Source: Nitrosopumilaceae archaeon (lineage in GTDB: Archaea; Thermoproteota; Nitrososphaeria; Nitrososphaerales; Nitrosopumilaceae). Taken from it: DNA of 64,000 nucleotides. Position 1 is the first letter of the stretch. Every line of letters begins with the position of its first letter. The position numbers and the translations under genes were made by a program. The DNA is taken from assembly GCA_965209085.1 (NCBI GenBank), contig OZ242376.1:1568001-1632000 (forward strand), read 5' to 3'. Under the pieces are notes generated by a model. It was not told the DNA's origin, made no database searches, and worked only from the letters and a program-made list of their open reading frames with translations. Below, in pieces: positions 40,434 through 50,179 of this stretch.

Positions 40434-41676
40434 AACGCTAGGGCAGATGCACCCTTCGCTTGACATAGTGGAAACTCACAGCTCCAAGCTTGCCGGGAAA
40501 AAAATTGTTTTGTGCGTATCGGGGAGCGTTGCAGCATACAAGGCAATAGAGCTTGCAAGGATGATGATGCGGCACGGGGCCAAAGTTACATGTGTTGCAA
40601 GCGAGGCATCCATGAAGCTTTTGCGTCCTGATTATCTAAAATGGGCCACAGGTAACAAGGTCATAACAAAGTTAACCGGTTCTCTAGAGCACATACGCAT
40701 AGCTGAGAAAAAAACTTCCGATATTATAGTTGTCTATCCGTGCACGGCAAACACGCTGGGCAAGCTTGCAAACGGCATAGACGATGATCCCATACCCACG
40801 GTTCTTACTGTTGCGTTTGGTGCAAACATACCCATACTCATATGCCCGGCCATGCACGCATCCATGTACGAGAATGTCGCTGTAAAAAGAAACATTGAAT
40901 TTTTAAAATCAAAACGCGTAAAATTTTCCCAGCCGCACATGAGAGAAGGCAAAGCAAAGATATCCGAACCGCCGGAGATACTCTTGCAGATAATGAGAAT
41001 GCTTGGCGCATCAAACGGTCCGCTAGAAGGCAAACGTGTGCTAGTTACGGTAGGCGGCACTTCAGAACGCATAGATGCTGTGCGCAGTATAACAAACCAA
41101 AGCTCGGGCAGGATGGGAACGGCAATTGTATCGGAATTTTTACGGGCAGGCTCAAAGGTAACTGCCGTATACGGCCATTCCACGTATGAGCCGCCTGATG
41201 GCGCAGCTGTAACAAGGGTAGAGAGCGCAGCTCAGATGGCAAAGGCTGTAAATGCGCATTTAAAGGCAAAAAAATACGACATTCTCGTAATGGCAGCTGC
41301 TGTATCCGACTATGCCCCGGTAAGATCAAATGGTGGGAAAATTTCCAGCAGAAAAAAATCCATTGTATTAAAACTTTGGAAAACTCCAAAGATTATAGAT
41401 GGAATAAAAAAGATTCAAAGTGATATTTTTTTGGTCGGATTCAAGGCTGAATCGCGTGTTTCTGCAACTGTATTGGAAAAGAGCGCTAGGGCAAAAATGA
41501 AGGCATCAATGGCTGAGATGATCGTTGCAAATGATGTGGGTTTGGCGCGCCATCTAAAAAATCCCGGCTCCAACGAGGTTCTCGTTATAGATGAGAACCG
41601 TTCGGTAAAATCAGGATACAAAACAAAGGAAAAGCTTGCATTATTTATCGTGAAAGAAATTTCAAAGAGAATCTAA
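40420..41676 (+). CDS. coaBC: phosphopantothenoylcysteine decarboxylase/ligase
   Basis: Motifs GSVAAYK, PAMH, NQSSGRMG, AAAVSDY and GFKAE. Confidence 0.95.
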   Translation: MAKNKTLGQMHPSLDIVETHSSKLAGKKIVLCVSGSVAAYKAIELARMMMRHGAKVTCVASEASMKLLRPDYLKWATGNKVITKLTGSLEHIRIAEKKTSDIIVVYPCTANTLGKLANGIDDDPIPTVLTVAFGANIPILICPAMHASMYENVAVKRNIEFLKSKRVKFSQPHMREGKAKISEPPEILLQIMRMLGASNGPLEGKRVLVTVGGTSERIDAVRSITNQSSGRMGTAIVSEFLRAGSKVTAVYGHSTYEPPDGAAVTRVESAAQMAKAVNAHLKAKKYDILVMAAAVSDYAPVRSNGGKISSRKKSIVLKLWKTPKIIDGIKKIQSDIFLVGFKAESRVSATVLEKSARAKMKASMAEMIVANDVGLARHLKNPGSNEVLVIDENRSVKSGYKTKEKLALFIVKEISKRI

Positions 41677-43220
41677 TATATGGTGCGTTTTTTGACAAGC
41701 GATACGGCAAATACTAGAAGAGATACTATCATTCCGGCAGCTCCAAGCGTCTGATCCGCACCGTACAGTATTGCAGAACCGACAAAACCGGCTCCTGACA
41801 TTACCGATATGGGCATGGTTGTTGTACGTTTTTTCATGTATTTCATCTTGCGGTTCTCATCGAGGAATTTTTTCATCTCTGGTGCGAGGGATACTGCATC
41901 ACGTGCGGATTTTATAAAATCATTTACGGATGTTTTTATCTCATTTGCATACGCCCCGTACATGAGATTTTCTTCTGTTAGTATCTGCCTCATCATATTG
42001 ACAAACTGGAACTGTATCTTATGCGTCTTGTATATGCCCTCTATGATGGAGGTCATCCGCAGATACAGTGCAAGATTCTTTGGCAGCAAAAACGGAAAAT
42101 TGCTCATGGTTCTGTTTGCAATCTCCATGAGGCTCTCAACTTCCATCTGATCCGGCTTTTTGCCGTGCAATGCCTGCACGCTCAGCTCGATTGCCCTCTC
42201 GATTAGTTCCATGTTTGCATCAGGTGCAAGCATTCCAAGCGAGTTCATCACGCGCACCGTACGCGGAGGGTCCTGTTCTATCAGTGCAAGATACAGCCGT
42301 ACAAGTTTCATGCGCGTCTGCTCATCGATGCGGCCAACCATGCCAAAATCATACAGTATGAGACGTCCTTCTTTTGTGACTGAGATATTTCCCGGATGCG
42401 GATCGGCGTGAAATATTGCGTTTGATAAGAGCATCCTGAAAAACACTTTATGCACGTCAAGGACAAGTTTCTGGCGGTCAATTCCCATGCGTTCAAGGGA
42501 TTCAATATCGGTCACCTTTGTTCCTGCAAGATATTCCATTGTAAGCACGTTTTTTGTGGACATTTCATCATATACTTGCGGTATTATCACATCATCGCGG
42601 TCTGCAATGTTGTTTTTAATTTCTTTTAGATTTTTGGACTCTATCGTATAGTCCAATTCCTCCCGTATGCTCTCCTCAAACTGTTCAAGCATCCCTTTTG
42701 CCGAAAATCCCAGGTTTGGATCCACAAATTTAAGCGCTATTGGAAATATCCTCTTTAATACAGCAATATCCACTTTGATTATTTTTTCTATTCCGGGCCG
42801 CTTTACCTTTACTGCTATTTGTTTTCCGTCCATTTCTGCAAGGTAAACCTGTCCAAGAGAAGCTCCAGAGACTGCGTTTGAATCAATGTTTTTTAATTTG
42901 TGAAACGATTCTCCCAAATCGTGCCGCATTATCTGCTCTACCTGCTCGTACGGGGCAGGAGGCACCTCATCCTGTAATTTTCCAAGCTCTGCCATGTACG
43001 GCTGCGGAAGTATGTCAGCCCGTGCAGAAAGCCACTGACCGAGTTTTATGTATGCCGGACCCAGTGATACAAGCGTGGTCATAAGTTTGCGGGCATTTTT
43101 TTGTGCCTTGCGCGTATATTCGGGTCCGTACTCTTTTTTGATCCATTTTTTTCTATCCTTACGCAGTGCAAACGACACCGGAAGCAAGAGTACAAACACT
43201 TTGATCATTCGAAAAATCAT
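41673..43220 (-). CDS. ABC1/UbiB (AarF) atypical kinase
   Basis: Motifs LGPAYIKLGQ, ASLGQV, VKVKRPG, HADPHPGN and DFGM. Confidence 0.93.
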   Translation of the reverse strand: MIFRMIKVFVLLLPVSFALRKDRKKWIKKEYGPEYTRKAQKNARKLMTTLVSLGPAYIKLGQWLSARADILPQPYMAELGKLQDEVPPAPYEQVEQIMRHDLGESFHKLKNIDSNAVSGASLGQVYLAEMDGKQIAVKVKRPGIEKIIKVDIAVLKRIFPIALKFVDPNLGFSAKGMLEQFEESIREELDYTIESKNLKEIKNNIADRDDVIIPQVYDEMSTKNVLTMEYLAGTKVTDIESLERMGIDRQKLVLDVHKVFFRMLLSNAIFHADPHPGNISVTKEGRLILYDFGMVGRIDEQTRMKLVRLYLALIEQDPPRTVRVMNSLGMLAPDANMELIERAIELSVQALHGKKPDQMEVESLMEIANRTMSNFPFLLPKNLALYLRMTSIIEGIYKTHKIQFQFVNMMRQILTEENLMYGAYANEIKTSVNDFIKSARDAVSLAPEMKKFLDENRKMKYMKKRTTTMPISVMSGAGFVGSAILYGADQTLGAAGMIVSLLVFAVSLVKKRTIY

Positions 43221-43227
43221 TACATGT

Positions 43228-43608
43228 TCACTCTTTTTTTAGCCACTCGCATCCTTTTTTTGCAGCATACGCTGCGATCAGTCCGGCAGATATTGCAGCA
43301 GCGGCAGCTACAAATTTTGATCCTGTTTTTTTGTACGTAGCAATTCCACTTGCAGCAGCTGCTACAGCTCCGGCACCTGCAGCCGCTAGTACTTCGGGCG
43401 CGTCCCAGACAATATGTCCCAACGGATCCGTTTCCGGATTTATCCTGTCAACATGCGCCTCAAATCTATCCTCGTATTCGCGCACGTGCAGCCGGCCGTA
43501 CCGATATTGTCTGATTGATTTTTTTGGCCATCCAAGTTTTGTCACCTTGAATTTTGAGGGCAACGAATCCATCTGCTTTTTTGGTATGACAGTATGCTTT
43601 TCGCTCAT
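43228..43608 (-). CDS. conserved archaeal hypothetical protein
   Basis: RQYR...LHVREY...HVDRINP...PLGH pattern and a hydrophobic Ala-rich tail. Confidence 0.65.
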   Translation of the reverse strand: MSEKHTVIPKKQMDSLPSKFKVTKLGWPKKSIRQYRYGRLHVREYEDRFEAHVDRINPETDPLGHIVWDAPEVLAAAGAGAVAAAASGIATYKKTGSKFVAAAAAISAGLIAAYAAKKGCEWLKKE

Positions 43609-43648
43609 GTCAAAGTATGAGCCTCGGATCGTTATAATTCTACATGCA

Positions 43649-44815
43649 TTATCCTACAATCAGACCGGTCAGATACATTACAAGCATGCCTGTTGCAATA
43701 CCGGCAGGCATTGCAAAGCCTTTTGGCCACTGGTTTGAATTCTGATCCCGCAGCATCTTTAGAACAAGCAGTATTACCTGAAATACCGCCCCTCCTGCTA
43801 GGGATAAAAAAACTACTGCTGCAAGCGGCGAGTATTCAAGTCCGCCTAACAAAGTTCCAATTACTGCCGGCACTCCCGCTATTGCGCCAAGTATGCCAAG
43901 TCTGAATACTGAGGTACGTGCCCTAGCCTGCGAAGATGCGATTGCCACGCCTTCTGTTGTATTGTGTAGGGCAAATCCGACTATGAGAAACGCGCCAAGC
44001 GCTGCCTGGCCCAATCCTATGGCAGCTCCTATTGCAAGACCCTCGCCCAAATTATGCAATCCGATTCCAGTTGAGATTGCAATTCCGGCTGCAAGAGGTC
44101 CGGATATTCCTGCCATTCCCGAAAGCCTGCGTTCGGTATAATATAAGGCTAGAAATGAGATTACCGATACGGTTGCCACAAGCATCACTCCATCAAAGCT
44201 CTCCGAGAGGTTTTCTGCTGCAACCGCGGATGCTGCAAACAGTGAATCAATTCCAATAAAGAACAGCATTCCCACCGTAAGGGATAGAAAAAATGCATAA
44301 CTGCCGGAACCGGCCCGGCGTATAAACGGGAACCACAAAAGTCCCACCATTACCGGAATAATTCCCACGTATACGCCTATTATTGCAAGCGCTCCGACAA
44401 GTCCGATTCCACGCTCTAGAACCGGGACGGCTGATTCAATGTTGCGTGCAAACCGAGTTCCATCATTTATGGTAACCCCCACCGAATACGGTTCTGCTTC
44501 ATTCCATTCAAATGGAATCCGTACAATTGCACTCTCAAATCTTCCTAGTTTTCCGTCCGGTTCTATTGCGGCCGGCTGTATCCTGTCGTTTACGTCCGCC
44601 ATGACAATCTCCACTTCGAGAAGACCGGTATTTCGTATATTTAGCAAAATCATGGAATCCTCAAAGGAGACCTGCTCTATGGTCACTTCAGGCAGTCTTT
44701 GTGGCAGTATTTCATCAATGGCCTGCGAGCCGTATCCGAGAAGCCAAAATGCCATTATGGCTATTGCTACGACCGGAACTGTGGCCGCGATTATCCCTTG
44801 CCGATTAACCCTCAT
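43649..44815 (-). CDS. ZIP-family divalent metal transporter with N-terminal extracellular domain
   Basis: ZIP motifs GLHNLGEG and ALHNTTEG. The start overlaps the end of the MCO gene. Confidence 0.88.
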   Translation of the reverse strand: MRVNRQGIIAATVPVVAIAIMAFWLLGYGSQAIDEILPQRLPEVTIEQVSFEDSMILLNIRNTGLLEVEIVMADVNDRIQPAAIEPDGKLGRFESAIVRIPFEWNEAEPYSVGVTINDGTRFARNIESAVPVLERGIGLVGALAIIGVYVGIIPVMVGLLWFPFIRRAGSGSYAFFLSLTVGMLFFIGIDSLFAASAVAAENLSESFDGVMLVATVSVISFLALYYTERRLSGMAGISGPLAAGIAISTGIGLHNLGEGLAIGAAIGLGQAALGAFLIVGFALHNTTEGVAIASSQARARTSVFRLGILGAIAGVPAVIGTLLGGLEYSPLAAVVFLSLAGGAVFQVILLVLKMLRDQNSNQWPKGFAMPAGIATGMLVMYLTGLIVG

Positions 44816-45845
44816 ACGGTCCGGATCCTCTATCTGATACTGCAAACATACCGACCCAGCCTTTTTCGGAAAACTCTGTTTTATGCGCGTGGAATACATA
44901 ATTGCCCGGATAGTTGTAGACAAATTCCATTATTCCCCGTTCAGTCTGCGAGAGGGTTATCATGTCGGTGTAAAATGACGGAACCGTGTCCGTGCCGGTG
45001 GGATAGTAATGATAAAGATTGCCGTGCAGATGAAAATTGTTTATCGCGTCAAACTCGACCATGTTTACAACGTATATGCGGACAAGCTCTTCAGTGTCTA
45101 TCTGTATTGGATGGTGCAGATAGTAAAATGGCACAGTATTTGCAGCATACAGATTGTTTTCTGTATCAAAGTCAGTGTCAAATCCGTTAAGAACCATCAC
45201 CATCTCGTCTGCAGGAGCTCTTTGTTCTTTTGGATCCACAATGTATACGCCGTACAAGCCGTGTGCAATATGCTCCTCCAATGGCATTACATGACAGTGG
45301 TACGGATGCACGCCAACCGGATCTGCTATCCATTCATAGACAAATTGGCCGCCAGGACCCACCGTTTCAAAAACACCGTCAAACTCTGCAGCATGTATTC
45401 CATGAAAATGCATCGTATGAGATTTTGAGCCGTTGTTTATGAAATGAATTCTCACCAAATCCCCCTCAGTTGCCCGTATTGTAGGGCCTGGCACCGTTCC
45501 ATTAAACGTCCAGACATTGTAAAAGATACCTGGTGATATTTCCATTATCTGCGAATCATCTGCCACAATGGTGAATTCCCTCAGCACCGTGCCATCCTTC
45601 AGAGTGGTAACTGTGCCATATTCAAAATTGCGCAAAAATTCCATCGGATCAAACTCTAATGTTGATTCAGTGTATAGCGGATCAAGTATTTGGCCTGTGG
45701 TTTTGATTATGGCACCTGAATGTGTCATGAACGTCTGCGTGTTTTTTTGGCCCGTAATTGACATGGGGGCAAACGCAAGAGCGGCAATTATTGCACCAAT
45801 AACCACAATAGAGAGAATCATCTTGCTTGATCGCGAATAAGGCAT
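44805..45845 (-). CDS. two-domain multicopper oxidase (NirK-like fold)
   Basis: Motifs HTMHFHG, YHCHVMPLEEHIAHG, NNFHLHG and FHAH. Confidence 0.9.
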   Translation of the reverse strand: MPYSRSSKMILSIVVIGAIIAALAFAPMSITGQKNTQTFMTHSGAIIKTTGQILDPLYTESTLEFDPMEFLRNFEYGTVTTLKDGTVLREFTIVADDSQIMEISPGIFYNVWTFNGTVPGPTIRATEGDLVRIHFINNGSKSHTMHFHGIHAAEFDGVFETVGPGGQFVYEWIADPVGVHPYHCHVMPLEEHIAHGLYGVYIVDPKEQRAPADEMVMVLNGFDTDFDTENNLYAANTVPFYYLHHPIQIDTEELVRIYVVNMVEFDAINNFHLHGNLYHYYPTGTDTVPSFYTDMITLSQTERGIMEFVYNYPGNYVFHAHKTEFSEKGWVGMFAVSDRGSGPYEG

Positions 45846-45871
45846 GATGATTGGTTGAGAGGTCATTATTT

Positions 45872-45895
45872 AAAAGTTAGCCTAGGCTAACTTTT
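45872..45895. promoter_or_regulatory. perfect 24-bp palindrome, probable DtxR/MntR-family operator of the MCO-ZIP operon
   Basis: AAAAGTTAGCCTAGGCTAACTTTT is self-complementary and overlaps a minus-strand TTTAAATA TATA box about 22-29 nt upstream of the MCO ATG. Confidence 0.75.
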
Positions 45896-45955
45896 TTACC
45901 CTTGTCTAAACCTGCCATATCGTACGCAAAAAAGGAGCTTTTGTAAAAATCCCGC

Positions 45956-46579
45956 CTAGAACTGATCATCAAAACGCGAGATTGGCATCAGATTAATGGC
46001 CCTAATCCAGACCGTTTTGCCGTCCATGCCTAGAACCGTCAACGAGGCGTTTGCTATGATAAAATCGTGTATGGACTCTGCGTCAAGATTCATTGCGTAT
46101 GAAACGGCAGCTTTGATAGGATCCATATGCGTTACCAAAACAACGGATTCTCCCGGATGCTTATTTCTGACAAATTCAACCATGTCTAAAACGCGTTCTC
46201 TTAGATGATCAAAAGTCTCCACGCCATAATTTGGGATTTCCGGGTCGTTTTTATAGAATTTCAAAAATACGTTGCCGTGTTTTTCCATAATATCATCGTA
46301 TTTTGATCCTGTAAACGAGCCCATGTCCAGCTCTGTAAGTCTCTCATCTATGGTAAGCGGAATCCCGTTATATTCGGCAGTTATGCGTGCCGTTTCATGC
46401 GCTCGTTCTATAGGACTAGAGTAAATGTGCGCGATTTTATGCCCTTTTAAAAATCTGGCAGTATCCTGTGCCTGCTGTATGCCTTTTTCCGTAAGTGCAA
46501 CTCCTGCGGAACGTCCGGTGAGCATGCGTTTTGTATTGTTTTCTGCCTGACCGTGCCTTAGAAAAATGATCGAATCCAT
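45956..46579 (-). CDS. histidine phosphatase (phosphoglycerate mutase family)
   Basis: Motifs RHGQ, SSPIERA and VTH. Confidence 0.9.
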   Translation of the reverse strand: MDSIIFLRHGQAENNTKRMLTGRSAGVALTEKGIQQAQDTARFLKGHKIAHIYSSPIERAHETARITAEYNGIPLTIDERLTELDMGSFTGSKYDDIMEKHGNVFLKFYKNDPEIPNYGVETFDHLRERVLDMVEFVRNKHPGESVVLVTHMDPIKAAVSYAMNLDAESIHDFIIANASLTVLGMDGKTVWIRAINLMPISRFDDQF

Positions 46580-46632
46580 CTAATATTGCCGCTGTATATA
46601 CGAATAATAATAACATTAGGCGCACGGATGTC

Positions 46633-47304
46633 ATGAAAGTTGGTATTATTGGCGGAACCGGAGGAATGGGAAAAGGTTTTGCCACAAGATGGTGTAAAGA
46701 GAACGATATTTTGATAGGATCCAGGGATGCGGCAAGGGCAGTTGAATCTGCTGTAAAATACGAACATGATGCAAAAGAAGCGTATGGGGAGATAAACGGG
46801 AGCATATCTGGATACTCCAACGCAGATGTGGCCGTGCAAAGCGACGTGCTTGTTTTGTCCATACCGTATGAAAATATCGATGCAGTGTGTCCAGATCTTT
46901 TCTCAAAAACAAAAAAAGAATGCGTTATAATCAGCCCCATAGTACCAATGACAAAAACCGACAAAGGTTTTGAATTCATACCTATAAAGGAGAACAAAAA
47001 ATCAGCCCACCAAATGGTTGCAGCCCATATGAAAAATCCCGAATTACTGATCTCAGCATTTCACGTAATATCGGAAAAGAAACTTGCAGATCCCAAAAAA
47101 GATCTAGACTATGACATATTCGTATGTGGGGATGATTCTGGAGCGGTTGAAACGGTAAACGCTTTGATATCCCAGATAGGAGGACTGCGCGCCCTGTATC
47201 TTGGTTCCGGCGAGTTGGCATACATGGCCGAAATGGCCACACCCCTTTTACTAAACGTCATGATAAAAAACAAGCTGAAAAATCCGGGAATAAAAATAGC
47301 CTAA
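46633..47304 (+). CDS. npdG: F420H2:NADP+ oxidoreductase
   Basis: Motifs IIGGTGGMGKG, IGSR, SAFH and VCGDD. Confidence 0.85.
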   Translation: MKVGIIGGTGGMGKGFATRWCKENDILIGSRDAARAVESAVKYEHDAKEAYGEINGSISGYSNADVAVQSDVLVLSIPYENIDAVCPDLFSKTKKECVIISPIVPMTKTDKGFEFIPIKENKKSAHQMVAAHMKNPELLISAFHVISEKKLADPKKDLDYDIFVCGDDSGAVETVNALISQIGGLRALYLGSGELAYMAEMATPLLLNVMIKNKLKNPGIKIA

Positions 47305-47313
47305 GTGTTTCAC

Positions 47314-47547
47314 ATGAGCTATGAATACAAGCGTCGTGGAAAAAACTGGCAGACTGCAATGGGTGTGCTCTTTATAGTATCTGGTACAATAGTACTGGTA
47401 CGTCAGATACTGATATGGACTCCGGATTTTGTCTTTGATTTTCTTGTAAATTCTGAATTTACAAATGAAAAAGTTTCCGTTGCAATGCTGTGTTTTGGCG
47501 GAATTTTGATTGCATTTGGAATGCGTGGTGTAAGTGAACAGCGATAA
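47314..47547 (+). CDS. small two-TM membrane protein
   Basis: Two hydrophobic helices. Operonic between the F420 genes. Confidence 0.6.
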   Translation: MSYEYKRRGKNWQTAMGVLFIVSGTIVLVRQILIWTPDFVFDFLVNSEFTNEKVSVAMLCFGGILIAFGMRGVSEQR

Positions 47548-47929
47548 ATTTTTGCGTAAACAAAAGATAATGAGACTTGGTACAGTCGATGGAGACGGGA
47601 TACCGCATGTGGTTCCTGTCTGGTATTTGTACGATGGTGAAAAATTTTGGATTGGAACCAATACGAGAACTGTCAAGATACGCAACATACGCGCCAATAA
47701 ACGGGTTGCATATTGTATAGATAAGGGAGTGCGCGCTCCTGAAATCAGGGCGTGTGCCGGGCGAGGAACCGCCAAGATCATGACAGGCTCAAAAGTGGCT
47801 GAAATTGCCAAATCCATACTGCTGCGCTATTTTGAGAGTATGGAATCAAAGGGGGCGCAAGAGTTGCTAGATGATACGGACTGTATAATAGAGATCACGC
47901 CCAATGATTCCTTTGAATGGAGTTATTGA
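47534..47929 (+). CDS. pyridoxamine 5'-phosphate oxidase-like (PPOX, probably F420-binding) protein
   Basis: Motifs LGTVDGDGIPHVVPVWY and KIRNIRANKRV. Confidence 0.88.
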   Translation: MNSDKFLRKQKIMRLGTVDGDGIPHVVPVWYLYDGEKFWIGTNTRTVKIRNIRANKRVAYCIDKGVRAPEIRACAGRGTAKIMTGSKVAEIAKSILLRYFESMESKGAQELLDDTDCIIEITPNDSFEWSY

Positions 47930-49107
47930 CGGCCGGCACAAAACGATTCTATCTTATCCATGGCAGATTCAAGTCTAGTAATCTGAGGCAGATATACTAG
48001 CCGAAAGTGTCCCGTGCCGTATTTTGATCCAAATCCGGAACCGTGTACGGTCAGCACTCCATACTGCTCCAAGAGTTCTTGGACAAATTCCACATCTGTA
48101 CCAAAACGAGGATTTTCTATTTTTGGAAATGCGTAAAATGCGCCGCCTGGAACAGGACATGAGAGACCGTCAATAGAATTTAGACGTTTTATCACATAAT
48201 CACGCCTCACTCTGAGATCGTTTACAAACTCGTCGATATACCCCTGCGGGCCGCGCAGTGATTCAATTGCAGCGTACTGTACTGGCATGTTTGTTGATAT
48301 GCGTACGCGGGCAAGTTTTGGGAGATTCTCGCGCAGATTTTCTAATGCGGCACATCCACGGTTTAAGCAAATGTATCCTATTCTCCAACCTGACATCAGA
48401 TGGACTTTGGAGAATCCGTTTAGAATTATCACAGGCGCGTCTTTGGCGATGGTGCCTATGCTTTTAAAATTTCCCTCAAAGAATATGCGATCGTATATCT
48501 CATCGCATATTAAATACAAATTACGTTCAGAGGAGATATCCACAATTTCTTGAATCGATCCAATATCAAATACGGCTCCGGTCGGATTGTTTGGGTTTAT
48601 TATGCAAATTGCCACGGTTTTATCGGTGATCTTTGATTTTAAATCATCCATGTCAGGTTTTGCATTTTTCAAATCAACTGCAAATTCCACCGGAATTCCA
48701 CCGTGTAGCCGGACATACGAGGCATATGGCGGATAATACGGACCTGGAAGCAAAACTTCGTCCCCGTCTTCCACAATTGACGAGATTAACATGTCCAATC
48801 CTTCAGAGACGCCGTTTGTCACAATAACGTTATCTGCGTCAACATCAAATCCTTTTGATGATTCTTTTTTTGCAATCTCCTGACAGAGTTCCGGCAAACC
48901 TTCGGATTGCGAATAATAATTTTTATCCTCATTTACCGCCCTAATCAGTGCGTCTTTGACATTCTGGGGAGGGGTAAAACCAAACTGGAGCGGGTCGCCT
49001 ATGTTGAGGTATTCCACTTTTTTTCCGGTACGCTCCACGCGTTTTGCGGCAGTTACAATGTCGCGTATGGCATATTCTACATTTAGTACTTTTTTTGATA
49101 CTTTCAA
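47923..49107 (-). CDS. class I/II aminotransferase (alanine aminotransferase-like)
   Basis: Motifs VEYAIRD, LNIGDP, NPNNPTG, DEIY and SKVHLMSGWRIG. Confidence 0.92.
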   Translation of the reverse strand: MKVSKKVLNVEYAIRDIVTAAKRVERTGKKVEYLNIGDPLQFGFTPPQNVKDALIRAVNEDKNYYSQSEGLPELCQEIAKKESSKGFDVDADNVIVTNGVSEGLDMLISSIVEDGDEVLLPGPYYPPYASYVRLHGGIPVEFAVDLKNAKPDMDDLKSKITDKTVAICIINPNNPTGAVFDIGSIQEIVDISSERNLYLICDEIYDRIFFEGNFKSIGTIAKDAPVIILNGFSKVHLMSGWRIGYICLNRGCAALENLRENLPKLARVRISTNMPVQYAAIESLRGPQGYIDEFVNDLRVRRDYVIKRLNSIDGLSCPVPGGAFYAFPKIENPRFGTDVEFVQELLEQYGVLTVHGSGFGSKYGTGHFRLVYLPQITRLESAMDKIESFCAGRQ

Positions 49108-49149
49108 GAATATACAAGGTATTTAGCCCCGATAAAATCTAATTGTTTT

Positions 49150-49224
49150 GGACTCGTTGCATAGTCTGGACAGTGCAGGCGGCTTCGGACCGCCAGGTCG
49201 AGGGATCGAAGCCCTCCGAGCCCT
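49150..49224 (+). tRNA. tRNA-Arg(TCG)
   Basis: Anticodon arm GGCGG-CTTCGGA-CCGCC and T arm GAGGG-ATCGAAG-CCCTC. The acceptor stem GGACTCG/CGAGCCC has one A-C mismatch. Confidence 0.88.
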
Positions 49225-49270
49225 TGGATTTAATCAGCATGTGTATATACAAGCACGCCAAATTTTCACC

Positions 49271-49510
49271 ATGTCTCCTGGAATAGGTCTGATGAAACGC
49301 AGAATAGAGGATGAAAAAAGTGCGGTTTCTCTTGCCATATCGCACGTTTCAAAAAAATACGAGATTGAGCCAAAAGATACCAAAGTGCTGGAGACAAAAT
49401 ATCACAAAGATGCAGGGGACTGGTACGTGGCCCTTGGTTGGCAGAAAAAACGGGCCATAGTACAGATGGATTCAATTCTTGGAAACGTGATTGGAATTAA
49501 AGAAATTTAA
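49271..49510 (+). CDS. small conserved hypothetical protein
   Basis: MSPGIGLMKRR... from ATG 49271. The longer ORF-track version overlaps the tRNA. Confidence 0.65.
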   Translation: MSPGIGLMKRRIEDEKSAVSLAISHVSKKYEIEPKDTKVLETKYHKDAGDWYVALGWQKKRAIVQMDSILGNVIGIKEI

Positions 49511-49534
49511 TGTCAAAGGTATTGCAGTATTGTA

Positions 49535-50179
49535 ATGCACGCGATTGTTCTTGGAGGATCCAGAGGGATAGGACACGCCATAGCAAAATCACTTTGCAAA
49601 GCCGGATGCGACGTGTATGCTGCATCAAAAAAAGATATCGACACATCCGATCTGGATAGTGTGAAAAAATTTGCAGCATTACATCCCAAAACCGACGTAT
49701 TGGTGCTAAACACCGGAGGGCCGCCACCTGCCGAATTTGATGAAATTACAGAAGATGACTGGCAAAAATATCACAATCAGCTTTTTTTGGGATTTTGCAT
49801 TCTAGTGCGCCAAATTAACATTACAAACGGAGGTTATCTATTCCTGATAAGCTCATCCGTTGTCAAAGAGCCGTCCGCTAGACTTGCAGTTTCAGGCGCA
49901 TACCGCTCCGCTTTTGCCAGCATATTTAGGCTGTTGTCTGCAAAATTGGCCAAAAGAGACATCACCTGCGTTACAATAATGCCCGGTCCCATCAACACTG
50001 ATCGTACAAGGGAGTTGGTGGATGATGTGGATAAATTTGCATCCAATCTTCCAATGGGCAGACTTGGAGAGCCAGGAGAAATTGGAGATTTGGTTGAATC
50101 CATAGTCAAGAATAAAATAAAATACATATCCGGTGCCACGATAGGCTTTGATGGCGGAGCATCAAAATACATCCACTAG
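49535..50179 (+). CDS. short-chain dehydrogenase/reductase
   Basis: Motifs GGSRGIG, NTGGP, PGPINTDR and DGG. Confidence 0.9.
   Translation: MHAIVLGGSRGIGHAIAKSLCKAGCDVYAASKKDIDTSDLDSVKKFAALHPKTDVLVLNTGGPPPAEFDEITEDDWQKYHNQLFLGFCILVRQINITNGGYLFLISSSVVKEPSARLAVSGAYRSAFASIFRLLSAKLAKRDITCVTIMPGPINTDRTRELVDDVDKFASNLPMGRLGEPGEIGDLVESIVKNKIKYISGATIGFDGGASKYIH

Noticed and set aside
37933-41676. pok-pps-panB-coaBC cluster as a novelty
   Set aside because: This is the established archaeal coenzyme A pathway.
44805-45845. Multicopper oxidase as nitrite reductase NirK
   Set aside because: Both domains carry HxH trinuclear-type motifs and the gene is coupled to a ZIP transporter, which fits a two-domain MCO better.
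49148-49270. 5' part of the 120-aa ORF
   Set aside because: It overlaps tRNA-Arg(TCG). The real gene probably starts at ATG 49271.
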